DNA of 64,000 bases, taken from the NCBI GenBank assembly GCA_044226465.1, contig JBGAGZ010000024.1, forward strand, positions 3,052 to 67,051, read 5' to 3'. Shown here in pieces: positions 13,353 through 21,763 of this stretch (its first letter is position 1; each line of letters begins with the position of its first letter). The notes under the pieces were generated by a model. That model saw nothing but the letters and a program-made list of their open reading frames with translations. It did not search any database and had not been told where the DNA came from. The stretch is from Burkholderiaceae bacterium (GTDB lineage Bacteria; Pseudomonadota; Gammaproteobacteria; Burkholderiales; Burkholderiaceae_C). Made by a program: the position numbers and the translations under genes.

Positions 13353-14000
13353 ATGAACGTGCAGACCCTCGGCTGGCTCAACTTCACCCTCAGCGTGCTG
13401 ATGCTCATCGCCTATGAATGGCGGGTGCACCACATCGGCCAGCGCAACCCCGAGAAGCTCGCCCGCTACGCCAACGCGAAGCTGCGCATGCACTGGGTGG
13501 CCAGCCTGGCTGGCAAGCCGGGCTTCGAGATCGTGGCGGTACAGGCGCTGCGCAACTCGTTGATGGCGGCGTCGATCTCGGCCTCGACCGCGGCACTGGC
13601 TGTGATGGGCGCGCTCAGCATGTCGGGTTCGTCGCTGGCCGCCAACCTGGCGCGCTGGTCAGACGAGCACGCGCTGCACACCACCTTGCAGGCCATGCTG
13701 ATCGGCGTGCTGTTTTCGTCCTATGTCTGCTCGGCGCTGTCGACACGGCACTACAGCCATGCGAGCTTCATCATGTCGATCCCGGTCGAACGGCCCGAGC
13801 GTGCCGAGATGAACAGCACCGCCGCCAACCATGTGCGCCGCGCGGGGCTGATGTACAGCTGGGGCCTGCGCCTGTTCCTGATGGTGCTGCCGGTCGTGGC
13901 CGGCGTAGTGCACCCGCTGGCGATGCTCCCCGCCACCGCGCTGCTGCTCATCGGCCTGCACCTGTTCGACCAACCCGCGCAAGACGTGGAAGTGGACTGA
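13353..14000 (+). CDS. DUF599-like integral membrane protein
   Basis: 215 aa with several TM segments. The N-terminal pattern LIAYEWRVHHIGQRNPEKLARYANAKLRMHWV resembles DUF599, recalled from memory. Confidence 0.5.
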   Translation: MNVQTLGWLNFTLSVLMLIAYEWRVHHIGQRNPEKLARYANAKLRMHWVASLAGKPGFEIVAVQALRNSLMAASISASTAALAVMGALSMSGSSLAANLARWSDEHALHTTLQAMLIGVLFSSYVCSALSTRHYSHASFIMSIPVERPERAEMNSTAANHVRRAGLMYSWGLRLFLMVLPVVAGVVHPLAMLPATALLLIGLHLFDQPAQDVEVD

Positions 14001-14011
14001 CCGACCGCCCC

Positions 14012-14461
14012 ATGCAGATCCGACTCGAAAGCCCCGACCAACCCGACGTGCTGCGCCTGATCGACGCGCTGGACGCCTACCAGAAGCCGCTGTACCCGGC
14101 CGAGAGCCACCACGGCATCGACCTGCAGGCCCTGATGCAGCCCGAGGTGCTCTTCGCCGTGGCGCGCGGCGACGACGGCACGGCCCTGGGCTGTGGCGCC
14201 ATCGTGGTCGGGCCCGATCTCGGCGAGGTCAAGCGCATGTTCGTCGACCCGGCCGTGCGCGGCGGCGGCATCGCGCGGAAGTTGCTGGCCTTCCTGGAGC
14301 AGCAGGCCGGTGAGCGCGGCTGCCACCGCTTTGCGCTGGAGACCGGCTACCTGCAGCCCGAGGCGATCGGCCTGTACCGCCGCTGCGGCTACGCGCTTTG
14401 CGGCCCCTTCGGCGGCTACGCCGAAGACCCGAATAGCGTCTTCATGCGCAAGGGCTGGTGA
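14012..14461 (+). CDS. GNAT family N-acetyltransferase
   Basis: 149 aa. Acetyl-CoA binding motif MFVDPAVRGGGIARKLL and C-terminal LYRRCGY. Confidence 0.75.
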   Translation: MQIRLESPDQPDVLRLIDALDAYQKPLYPAESHHGIDLQALMQPEVLFAVARGDDGTALGCGAIVVGPDLGEVKRMFVDPAVRGGGIARKLLAFLEQQAGERGCHRFALETGYLQPEAIGLYRRCGYALCGPFGGYAEDPNSVFMRKGW

Positions 14462-14657
14462 CCGACCGCACGGCCCGGCGCCAAGAGGTCACGTCCGGGT
14501 GACCGCTCGTGGCGGCCGATGCCACGGCGCCGACAACTGCGTCACGAACCCCGTGTAACACCACTTCCCCCTGGCGGGCGGATCCACAGAATCCGGCCCC
14601 ACCGGTGTGCCTGGGCGCAACCCAGGCCCGGTGACCACACAAGACCAGGAGGAGTGA

Positions 14658-15167
14658 TTGGCCCACAAGCCGAAAACCGGCGCGGCCGCAGGACCGGGCA
14701 GCGAACCGCCCACCGTGCCATGGTGGCGCAGGCCGCTGCGCACCTGGACCATGGCCCGGCTCGCGCACCCCGCGGGCGTTCAGACTGAGCCGGCCGACGC
14801 GGCCGTGCACGAGGCCCTGCGCATCATGGGCTGGACGCAGTTCGCCCAACTGGTCGCCGAGCTGCTGCGCGGACAGGGCTACAGCGTGCAGGAGGCCGGC
14901 GCGCGGGTGGCCGAGGCCAGCGTCCATTTCGTGGCTCGCAAGGGCCGTGAACGCCACCTGGTGCAATGCCGGCACTGGCGCGCCACGCGCGTGGGCGTGG
15001 AGGCGCTCAGCGAGTTCGAAGGGGTGGTCGCGGCGCACGGTGCAGACGGTGGCCTGATCGTGACCATCGGCGAGTTCAGCGAAGCCGCGCGCGAATGGTC
15101 CCGCGGCCGCCCGCTGCAACTGGTGGACGGCCGCCAGCTCAGCCGCTGGATCGACGCCGCCCGCTGA
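14658..15167 (+). CDS. Mrr_cat-like restriction-endonuclease-domain protein (possibly catalytically degenerate)
   Basis: TTG start 5 nt after SD AGGAGGAG. The C-terminal 110 aa resemble the Mrr catalytic domain (FAQLVAELLRGQGY ... HLVQCRHW ... VGVEALSEFEGV ... GLIVTIGEFS). Confidence 0.5.
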   Translation: MAHKPKTGAAAGPGSEPPTVPWWRRPLRTWTMARLAHPAGVQTEPADAAVHEALRIMGWTQFAQLVAELLRGQGYSVQEAGARVAEASVHFVARKGRERHLVQCRHWRATRVGVEALSEFEGVVAAHGADGGLIVTIGEFSEAAREWSRGRPLQLVDGRQLSRWIDAAR

Positions 15168-15175
15168 GCGGCGGC

Positions 15176-16153
15176 TCAAGCGCCCGGGAACTCCGCCAGG
15201 CCCGCATCCGCCACGACGGCCTGCAACGCGGCCCGCAACCATTCATGCACCGGGTCGCCCTGGTGGCGGCGGTGCCAGACCATGTACATGGGCATCGGCG
15301 GCGTGGCCACCGGCACCGGGGCCGAGGCCAGGCCGCGCAGCACGCCGCGGCCCAGCAGCGAAGGCAGGGTCGCCACCCAGGGCCCGTCTCGCAGCAGCGC
15401 CGCGATGCCGGCGAAGCCGGGCACCGTGGCCACGATGCGGCGCGCGACGCCGCGCTCAGCCAGCCACTGGTCGACCTCGAGCTGCCGGCGAGGCTCGTAG
15501 AGCACGCTCACGTGCTCGGCGGCCAGGTAGTCGGCCCCGGTGGCCGGGGCGGTGCGCTGCGTGGGGTCGAAGAACACCGCGTAGTGGTCCTCGAACAGCC
15601 GCTTCTGGAAGATGTCGCTGCCTTCGGGCGGGCGGGGCGTGATCACAAGCTGGCAGGCGTCGTCGCGCAGCAGGGCCGGCTCGGGCGCACCGGAGGGGAT
15701 GACCCGAAGCGACACGCCCGGCGCCTGGGCACGCACCCGGCGCAGCCAGCCCGGCAGCAGCAGGTCGCGCTGCAGGTCGTTCGCGGCCACGGTCACGGTG
15801 GCCGCCAGCCGGCGGGGGTCGAAGCCGGCGGCCGTGGAAAAGGCGCGCAGGTCGTCCAGCAGGCGGCGCGCGCGCTCTGCCAAGGGGCCGGCCTGGGCCG
15901 TGGCCACGATGCCGCGGCCGCTCTTGACGAACAAGGGGTCACCGGCGATGGCACGAAGCCGGTCCAGCCCATGGCTGACGGCGGACTGCGTCACACCCAG
16001 GCGCTGGGCAGCGCGTGTGATGGAGCCTTCTTCGTACACCGCCAGCAGCAGCTGCAGCAGGTGCCCGTCCAAGTCTTCCACGGCACCCTTGGGCCCGCGG
16101 CCCTGTCCCTCCAAGAGGGAATGAGCCTCTTCGGGCGGCCGTGCGCGGCTCAT
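15176..16153 (-). CDS. LysR family transcriptional regulator
   Basis: 325 aa. HTH YEEGSITRAAQRLGVTQSAVSHGLDRLR. Divergent from the ligAB-like pair. Confidence 0.85.
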   Translation of the reverse strand: MSRARPPEEAHSLLEGQGRGPKGAVEDLDGHLLQLLLAVYEEGSITRAAQRLGVTQSAVSHGLDRLRAIAGDPLFVKSGRGIVATAQAGPLAERARRLLDDLRAFSTAAGFDPRRLAATVTVAANDLQRDLLLPGWLRRVRAQAPGVSLRVIPSGAPEPALLRDDACQLVITPRPPEGSDIFQKRLFEDHYAVFFDPTQRTAPATGADYLAAEHVSVLYEPRRQLEVDQWLAERGVARRIVATVPGFAGIAALLRDGPWVATLPSLLGRGVLRGLASAPVPVATPPMPMYMVWHRRHQGDPVHEWLRAALQAVVADAGLAEFPGA

Positions 16154-16172
16154 ACATCGATCTCGTTCATGT
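16154..16172. promoter_or_regulatory. candidate LysR-type T-N11-A box (ACAT-N11-ATGT)
   Basis: ACATCGATCTCGTTCATGT lies immediately upstream of the LysR start, in the divergent intergenic region with the dioxygenase genes. Identified by motif only. Confidence 0.3.
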
Positions 16173-16277
16173 GTCGGATGAGTATGGCCGGCTTTATCGC
16201 GGGCAGGGTCATCACGACACTGTCAAGACCGGGCGAAGAGCACCGCCCTTGACGCAACGCAAGCCAGGAGACAACCC

Positions 16278-16619
16278 ATGTGCACGCCCGAGATTCCCGG
16301 CACCACCCTGTTCGACGGCACGCAGGCCCGCAAGGGCTATGCGCTGAACAAGATGTGCTACTCGTTCAACGCGGCCGAGGCCCGCGCCGAATTCAGCCGC
16401 GACGAGGCCGCCTACTGCGCGCGCTTCGGCCTGAACGAGGAGCAGCAGCGCGCCATCCGCGAGCGCGACGTGCTGGGCCTGATCGCTGCCGGCGGCAACG
16501 TCTACTACCTGGCCAAGTTCGCCGGCATCCTGGGCCTGGACGTGCAGGACCTGGGCGCGCTGCAGACCGGCATGAGCAAGGACGAATTCAAGGCCAAGCT
16601 GCTCGCCGCGGCGGGCTGA
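16278..16619 (+). CDS. LigA-like small subunit of a class III extradiol dioxygenase
   Basis: 113 aa, IPGTTLFDGTQARKGYALNKMCYSF. Paralogous to LigA at 4484 (compare [25 protein letters not shown]). Confidence 0.8.
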   Translation: MCTPEIPGTTLFDGTQARKGYALNKMCYSFNAAEARAEFSRDEAAYCARFGLNEEQQRAIRERDVLGLIAAGGNVYYLAKFAGILGLDVQDLGALQTGMSKDEFKAKLLAAAG

Positions 16620-16647
16620 AGAACCACGACACCCGGAGACACACACC

Positions 16648-17493
16648 ATGGCAACCCTCGTCGGTGGCATCACCACCTCTCACGTGCCGGCCATCGGCCG
16701 CGCGATCGCCAAGAACCTGCAGGCCGACCCGTACTGGAAGCCCTTCTTCGATGGCTTTGCCCCCGTCCACCGCTGGCTCGAAACCGAGGCCCAGCCCGAC
16801 GTGGTCGTCGTCGTCTACAACGATCACGGGCTCAACTTCTTCCTCGACAAGATGCCCACCTTCGCTGTCGGCGCCGCGGCCGAGTACCGCAATGCCGACG
16901 AGGGCTGGGGCATCCCGCAGGTGCCGGCCTTCGCTGGCGAGCAGGACCTGTCCTGGCACCTGATCGACTCGCTCGTCGGCGAGGATTTCGACCTCACCAC
17001 CTGCCAGGAGATGGTCGTCGACCACGCCTTCACGCTGCCGATGGCGCTGCTGTGGCCCAGCCAAGCCTGGCCGGTGAAGGTGGTGCCGGTGTGCATCAAC
17101 ACTGTGCAGTTCCCGCTGCCCTCGGCCAGGCGCTGCTATGCGCTGGGCGAGGCGATCGGCCGCGCGGTGCAGTCTTGGCCATCCGACCAGCGCGTGATGG
17201 TGCTGGGCACGGGCGGCCTCTCCCACCAGCTCGATGGCCAGCGCGCCGGCTTCATCAACAAGGACTTCGACTTGGCCTTCATGGAAAGCCTGGTGCACGA
17301 CCCGCGCTGGGCCACGCGGTTCAGCATCCACGAGCTGGTGGAAAAGACCGGCACGCAAGGCGTGGAGCTATTGATGTGGCTGGCCACGCGGGCGGCCCTG
17401 GGTGAAGGCCGGGTCAAGTGCGTTCACCAGAACTACCACATCCCCATCTCCAACACGGCTTCGGGGCTGATGGTGATGGCGCCGCAGGAATAG
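16648..17493 (+). CDS. LigB-like catalytic subunit of a class III extradiol dioxygenase
   Basis: 281 aa with [23 protein letters not shown] and GTGGLSHQL. Paralogous to LigB at 4885. Confidence 0.85.
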   Translation: MATLVGGITTSHVPAIGRAIAKNLQADPYWKPFFDGFAPVHRWLETEAQPDVVVVVYNDHGLNFFLDKMPTFAVGAAAEYRNADEGWGIPQVPAFAGEQDLSWHLIDSLVGEDFDLTTCQEMVVDHAFTLPMALLWPSQAWPVKVVPVCINTVQFPLPSARRCYALGEAIGRAVQSWPSDQRVMVLGTGGLSHQLDGQRAGFINKDFDLAFMESLVHDPRWATRFSIHELVEKTGTQGVELLMWLATRAALGEGRVKCVHQNYHIPISNTASGLMVMAPQE

Positions 17494-17611
17494 CCGCAGG
17501 GGCTGCTTGCGGTCCTTGCTGCCGTTCAGGGGGGCTGCGTGCCTCGGTCGTGCGTGGGCCGGAGAACGGGGGTGCCGCCGCCGCCCTGCCACGCACCAAC
17601 CTCGGCACAAG

Positions 17612-17636
17612 AAAAACGGGGCCCGAAGGCCCCGTG
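17612..17636 (-). terminator. rho-independent terminator of the S8 protease gene
   Basis: On the minus strand, ACGGGGCC-TTCG-GGCCCCGT is followed by TTTTT, about 20 nt after the stop at 17658. Confidence 0.65.
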
Positions 17637-17657
17637 TCATTCAACGCTTGAAGTCAA

Positions 17658-19223
17658 TCAGTTGCCGCAGCCCAGCGAGGTGATGCGGTCGTAGGCGGCC
17701 TTGGCACGCACCAAGCCGAAGCCGAACTTGACGTCGCGGCCGGCCACGCCCAGGTCCAGTGCCGACTTGTTCAGCGACTGGCGGATCTGCTCGCCCGTGC
17801 ACGACGGGAAGTAGCTCCACACCAGGGCGGCAACGGCCGACACGTGCGGCGTGGCCATCGAGGTGCCGTCGTAGTAGGCGTAGTTGGTGGCCGTGACCGA
17901 CAGCTTGGCGCTCTGGCCCAGTTGGCCCAGCATCGAGGCGCCTTCGGTGTCCGACGCGGTCATCGACGGGATGGTGGTCGCCACGCCGCCCAGCGTGCCG
18001 GCGAAGCCGCCGGCCACGTTGTTGTAGACCACGGCGCCGACGCCGCCCGAGTTCTGGCAGTTCAGCACCTTGTCCGAGAACGCGATGTTGCCGCGCTGGA
18101 TCAGGCAGACCTTGCCGGCCACCGAGGTGTCGATCACGTCGCCCAGGCCGAAGTTGGCCAGCGGCGCCGTGACGGTGCCCTTGGGCGAGCCGTCCATCGC
18201 GCCGGGCGCGTACTTCGTGGCGCCCACGGTCAGCGCGGAGTCAGAGCCCGCGCCCATCGGCACGGTCGACAGCACGCTGACGCCAGGGGCGGCGATCTCG
18301 ACGTCCTTGTTGCGCTGCGAGAACGTGGCCCAGGCCTTGTTGATGTCCAGAGCGGCCACCGACATCACCGGCGCGTAGCCGGCGGGGTACGAGGTCTGCG
18401 TGTTGCCACCGTTACCGGCCGCGGCGATCGACAGAATGCCGGCGGTCTGCAGCTTGGTGAAGGTGTTCTTCTCGGTCGCGTTCGGCAGCGGGCCACCCAG
18501 CGACATGCTGATCACGTTGGCGCCAGCGGCCTGGCACTTCTTGGCAGCGGCCGACAGGGTGGACGAATAGGCCCAGGCGCCGTCGTCGCCGAAGACCTTG
18601 ACGATGTGCAGCTTGATCTTCGAGTTCGGCAGCACGCCGACCACGCCGACATTGGCCTGGTTGACCGCCGAGATCGTGCCGGCCACGTGCGTGCCGTGGT
18701 GGGTGCCGTCCACCGTCCACAGGCCCGCGCCACCGATGTCGTCGTTGCCGGTGACGTTGGCGCCGTGCTGCAGGTCTTCGTGGGTGATGTCGTAGCCCGA
18801 GTCGATGATGCAGATCTTGCGGTTGCCGGCGTTGGCGTCCAGCTGCGGCAGCTGGTCAGCCTGGACCATCTTGATGCCATAGGGCGTCAGCTGGCCCAGC
18901 TCGTACGGGGGGCCGGACGGATCGGCCAAGCCCATCGGGTAGCGCTTGGCGTCTTCCTCGATCAGGGCCACGGCGCTGTGTGCCTTCAGCGCGGCGACGG
19001 CGGCCTTGGGCAGCTCGACGGCCACGTTCTCGCCATCGATCTCGACCTTGATGCGGCCACCGGCCTTGGCGATGGCCGCGCGGGCCAGGTGCGCCGCGGC
19101 AGTGCCCGGCTTGAAGGACACGATCACGCGGGTCGTGTCGGCGGCGTACGCGGTGCCCAACATCGCGAACGCCAGGCCCAGGCCCGCACACAGCCGGGTC
19201 ACCGGGAAGTTGCTCTTCTTCAT
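17658..19223 (-). CDS. secreted subtilisin-like serine protease (peptidase S8) with inserted PA domain
   Basis: Start at MKKSNFPVTRLCAGLGLAFAMLGTAYA (signal peptide). Catalytic triad contexts IIDSGYD, HGTHVAGT and GTSMATPHV. A PA-like insert occurs around VCLIQRGNIAF. Confidence 0.85.
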   Translation of the reverse strand: MKKSNFPVTRLCAGLGLAFAMLGTAYAADTTRVIVSFKPGTAAAHLARAAIAKAGGRIKVEIDGENVAVELPKAAVAALKAHSAVALIEEDAKRYPMGLADPSGPPYELGQLTPYGIKMVQADQLPQLDANAGNRKICIIDSGYDITHEDLQHGANVTGNDDIGGAGLWTVDGTHHGTHVAGTISAVNQANVGVVGVLPNSKIKLHIVKVFGDDGAWAYSSTLSAAAKKCQAAGANVISMSLGGPLPNATEKNTFTKLQTAGILSIAAAGNGGNTQTSYPAGYAPVMSVAALDINKAWATFSQRNKDVEIAAPGVSVLSTVPMGAGSDSALTVGATKYAPGAMDGSPKGTVTAPLANFGLGDVIDTSVAGKVCLIQRGNIAFSDKVLNCQNSGGVGAVVYNNVAGGFAGTLGGVATTIPSMTASDTEGASMLGQLGQSAKLSVTATNYAYYDGTSMATPHVSAVAALVWSYFPSCTGEQIRQSLNKSALDLGVAGRDVKFGFGLVRAKAAYDRITSLGCGN

Positions 19224-19431
19224 CGTCAGTCGCTCCAGATCGGATGGTTCAAACAGGGATGCCAAGGACCGGTTGGTCCGAGCCCGCAGTGTCAGTGCAG
19301 GGCCTGTGTCTGCCCACCTCAAAAGCTTCAACGATGCTCAAGGGGTCGAGCGGGTTGACCCGCATCGCGGCCCTGAAGCGTGAGCGAATTCACACTGGTG
19401 CGCGCAGGCCCCGGACCTTAGAATGCGAACA

Positions 19432-19624
19432 GGCAGGAGAGTGCTGGCCCAACACCCACGGGCCAGCCACCGAAGGCGCAAACTCCCATGCACGCTCAGG
19501 TTCCGTACTGCCGATTTCAATCGCCGTCTGGAGAGTCGCTGGCCTGATCGCATCAGCCAGCGCACCGAAGGAGCAAGGCCAGTCCCGGTGGGCACTGGTT
19601 GAATCTCTCAGGTACCGGGGACAG
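19432..19624 (+). promoter_or_regulatory. tandem glycine riboswitch (two aptamers) in the 5' leader of the DadA-like gene
   Basis: Aptamer 1: GGCAGGAGAG (19432), CACCGAAGGCGCAA (19468), CTCAGG (19495), CTGCC (19508). Aptamer 2: CTGGAGAG (19528), CACCGAAGGAGCAA (19563), CTCTCAGG (19605), GGACAG (19619). These are the conserved glycine-riboswitch cores. A GC hairpin at 19630-19680 and SD GGAGAG at 19685 follow. Confidence 0.75.
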
Positions 19625-19694
19625 GGGGAGCGGCTGGCACGACGCGCGTATTCAACATCGCCGCGCGGTGTGCCGCTTGCCTCTGGAGAGAACC

Positions 19695-20951
19695 ATGCAC
19701 GTGGTCGTTCTCGGCGCCGGCCTGCTCGGCGTCGCCTCAGCCCATTTCCTGCAAGAGCTCGGTCACGACGTGACGGTCGTCGACCGCCAGGCCACACCCG
19801 CGGCCGAAACCAGCTTCGCCAACGGAGGCCAGGTCTCCGTCAGCCACGCCGAACCCTGGGCCAACCCGAGCGCGCCGATCAAGGTGCTGAAGTGGCTGGC
19901 GAAGGAAGACGCGCCGCTGCTGTTCCGCCTGCGCGCTGACGCGCGGCAATGGGCCTGGGTGCTGCGCTTCCTGCGCGAGTGCACACCGGGCCGCACGCGG
20001 CACAACATCGAGCAGATCGTGCGGCTGGGCAGCTACAGCCGCGAGACGCTGCAGCAGCTGCGGCGCGAGCTGGGGCTCGACTACGCTCAGCGCACGCAGG
20101 GCATCCTGCACTTCTACACCAGCGAGCGCGAGTTCGCTGCCGCCGAGGCCCCGGCGGCGCAGATGCGAGCACTCGGTTGCGACCGCCGCGTCGTCTCGGC
20201 CGACGAGGCGGTGCGCATCGAGCCGGCGCTGGCCCACATCCGCCCGCAACTGGCCGGCGCCACCTACACCGCCGAAGACGAATCGGGCGATGCCAACGCC
20301 TTCGCGCGCGCACTGGCCGCACGCTGCGAAGCACGCGGCGTGCGCTTCCTGATGAACCACACCGTCACCGCGCTGCGCGAGGCGGGCGGCCGCATCGACC
20401 ATGTCGAAGCCACCGACGCCGAGGGCCGCTTCCAGCGCATCCGCGGCGATGCCTACGTGCTGGCCATGGGCTCGCTGAGCCCGCTGCTGGCGGCGCCGCT
20501 CGGCATCCGCCTGCCGATCTACCCGGCCAAGGGCTACTCGGTGACCATGCCGGTGAAGGACGCGGCCAAGGCCCACCAGGTGTCCTTGACCGACGACGAG
20601 TTCAAGCTGGTCTTCTCGCGCCTGGGCGACCGGCTGCGCATCGCCGGGACGGCCGAACTGAACGGCTACGACCGCGACCTGAACCGGGTGCGCTGCGAAG
20701 CCATCGTGCGCCGTGTCGAGCAGCTGTTCCCTGGCGCCGGCGACGCCGAGCAAGCCCAGTTCTGGACCGGCCTGCGCCCCGCGACGCCGAGCAACCTGCC
20801 GATCATCGGCCGCACGAAGCTGGCCAACCTGCTGCTCAACACCGGCCATGGCACGCTGGGCTGGACGCACGCCTGCGGCTCGGGCAAGAGCATCGCCCGC
20901 ATCGCCAGCGGCCTGAAGCCCGAGGTGGACTTCGCCTTCGCCGGCGCCTGA
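19695..20951 (+). CDS. FAD-dependent oxidoreductase, D-amino-acid dehydrogenase (DadA) family
   Basis: 418 aa. N-terminal dinucleotide motif MHVVVLGAGLLGVASA, and C-terminal NTGHGTLGWTHACGSG typical of DadA/DAO-type flavoproteins. Confidence 0.8.
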   Translation: MHVVVLGAGLLGVASAHFLQELGHDVTVVDRQATPAAETSFANGGQVSVSHAEPWANPSAPIKVLKWLAKEDAPLLFRLRADARQWAWVLRFLRECTPGRTRHNIEQIVRLGSYSRETLQQLRRELGLDYAQRTQGILHFYTSEREFAAAEAPAAQMRALGCDRRVVSADEAVRIEPALAHIRPQLAGATYTAEDESGDANAFARALAARCEARGVRFLMNHTVTALREAGGRIDHVEATDAEGRFQRIRGDAYVLAMGSLSPLLAAPLGIRLPIYPAKGYSVTMPVKDAAKAHQVSLTDDEFKLVFSRLGDRLRIAGTAELNGYDRDLNRVRCEAIVRRVEQLFPGAGDAEQAQFWTGLRPATPSNLPIIGRTKLANLLLNTGHGTLGWTHACGSGKSIARIASGLKPEVDFAFAGA

Positions 20952-20956
20952 CGCAG

Positions 20957-21763
20957 CTAACGCGACTTCTGCACGAAGGCCTGCACCGCCGCGATCAGCC
21001 GCTCCGGCTGGTCGCGGTGGGGCGAGTGCCCACAGTCGGGCAGCTCGAGCAGCTCGGCCTGCGGCACTCGCTCGGCAATGCCGTGGATCTGCGCCAGCGT
21101 GCCGTACTCGTCGTCCAGCCCCTGCACCGCCAGCAGCGGGCAGGCAATCGTGGCCAGCTCGCTGTCGATGCGCCAGTCACGAAAAGGCGGGTGCAGCCAG
21201 ATATCGTTCCAGCCCCAGAAGGCCGAGTCGGGGTCGTCGTGGTACTTCGACAAGCGGCTCCGCAGGTCGGTCGACAGGTAAGCCTCGCGCGTCTTGGCGA
21301 TGCTGGCCACCGACAGGTCTTCGACCAGGATGTGCGGCGCACAAACCACCGCGCCCGCCACCCGGCGCGGGAAGGCCGCCGCATGCAGCAGCGCGATCGA
21401 GCCGCCGTCGCTGTGGCCGAACAGCCAGGGTGGCTCGCGGGCGGCATCCACGCCCACGGCCGGCAGCAGTGCGGGCAACACGGCCTCGGCCTGGCGGTGC
21501 ATGAAGTCCAGCCCCCAGGCCTCTTCGGCGGCGCGTGGAGTGGAGCGCCCGTAGCCCGGCCGGGAGTAGACCAACCCGCGCCAGCCCAGCGCGTCCACCA
21601 GCCGCGCGGGGAAGTCGCGCCACATCGCCACCGAGCCCAGGCCCTCGTGCAGGAAGACCATGAGCGGCCGACCGACCCGCTCGCGGCCCAGCCATTGGTG
21701 CTCGATGCGAACCGGCCGACCGTCCCAGTCGATGTCGACGAACGCGACGGCGGCCCCGCTCAC
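20957..21763 (-). CDS. alpha/beta hydrolase
   Basis: The GTG start overlaps the ligase stop (GTGA). 268 aa. Nucleophile elbow GHSDGG and C-terminal CGHSPH. Confidence 0.75.
   Translation of the reverse strand: MSGAAVAFVDIDWDGRPVRIEHQWLGRERVGRPLMVFLHEGLGSVAMWRDFPARLVDALGWRGLVYSRPGYGRSTPRAAEEAWGLDFMHRQAEAVLPALLPAVGVDAAREPPWLFGHSDGGSIALLHAAAFPRRVAGAVVCAPHILVEDLSVASIAKTREAYLSTDLRSRLSKYHDDPDSAFWGWNDIWLHPPFRDWRIDSELATIACPLLAVQGLDDEYGTLAQIHGIAERVPQAELLELPDCGHSPHRDQPERLIAAVQAFVQKSR

Noticed and set aside
14462-14657. Series of short GC hairpins (GGTCAC/GTGACC, CGTGGC/GCCACG, GCCTGGG/CCCAGGC) between the GNAT and Mrr-like genes
   Set aside because: Short stems of this kind are expected by chance at about 70% GC. 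There is no T-tract, no repeat family and no recognisable RNA motif.
19389-19424. Possible sigma70 promoter for the riboswitch leader (TTCACA ... TAGAAT)
   Set aside because: The spacer between the two hexamers is 24 nt, outside the 16-19 nt range. The -10-like TAGAAT alone is not sufficient.
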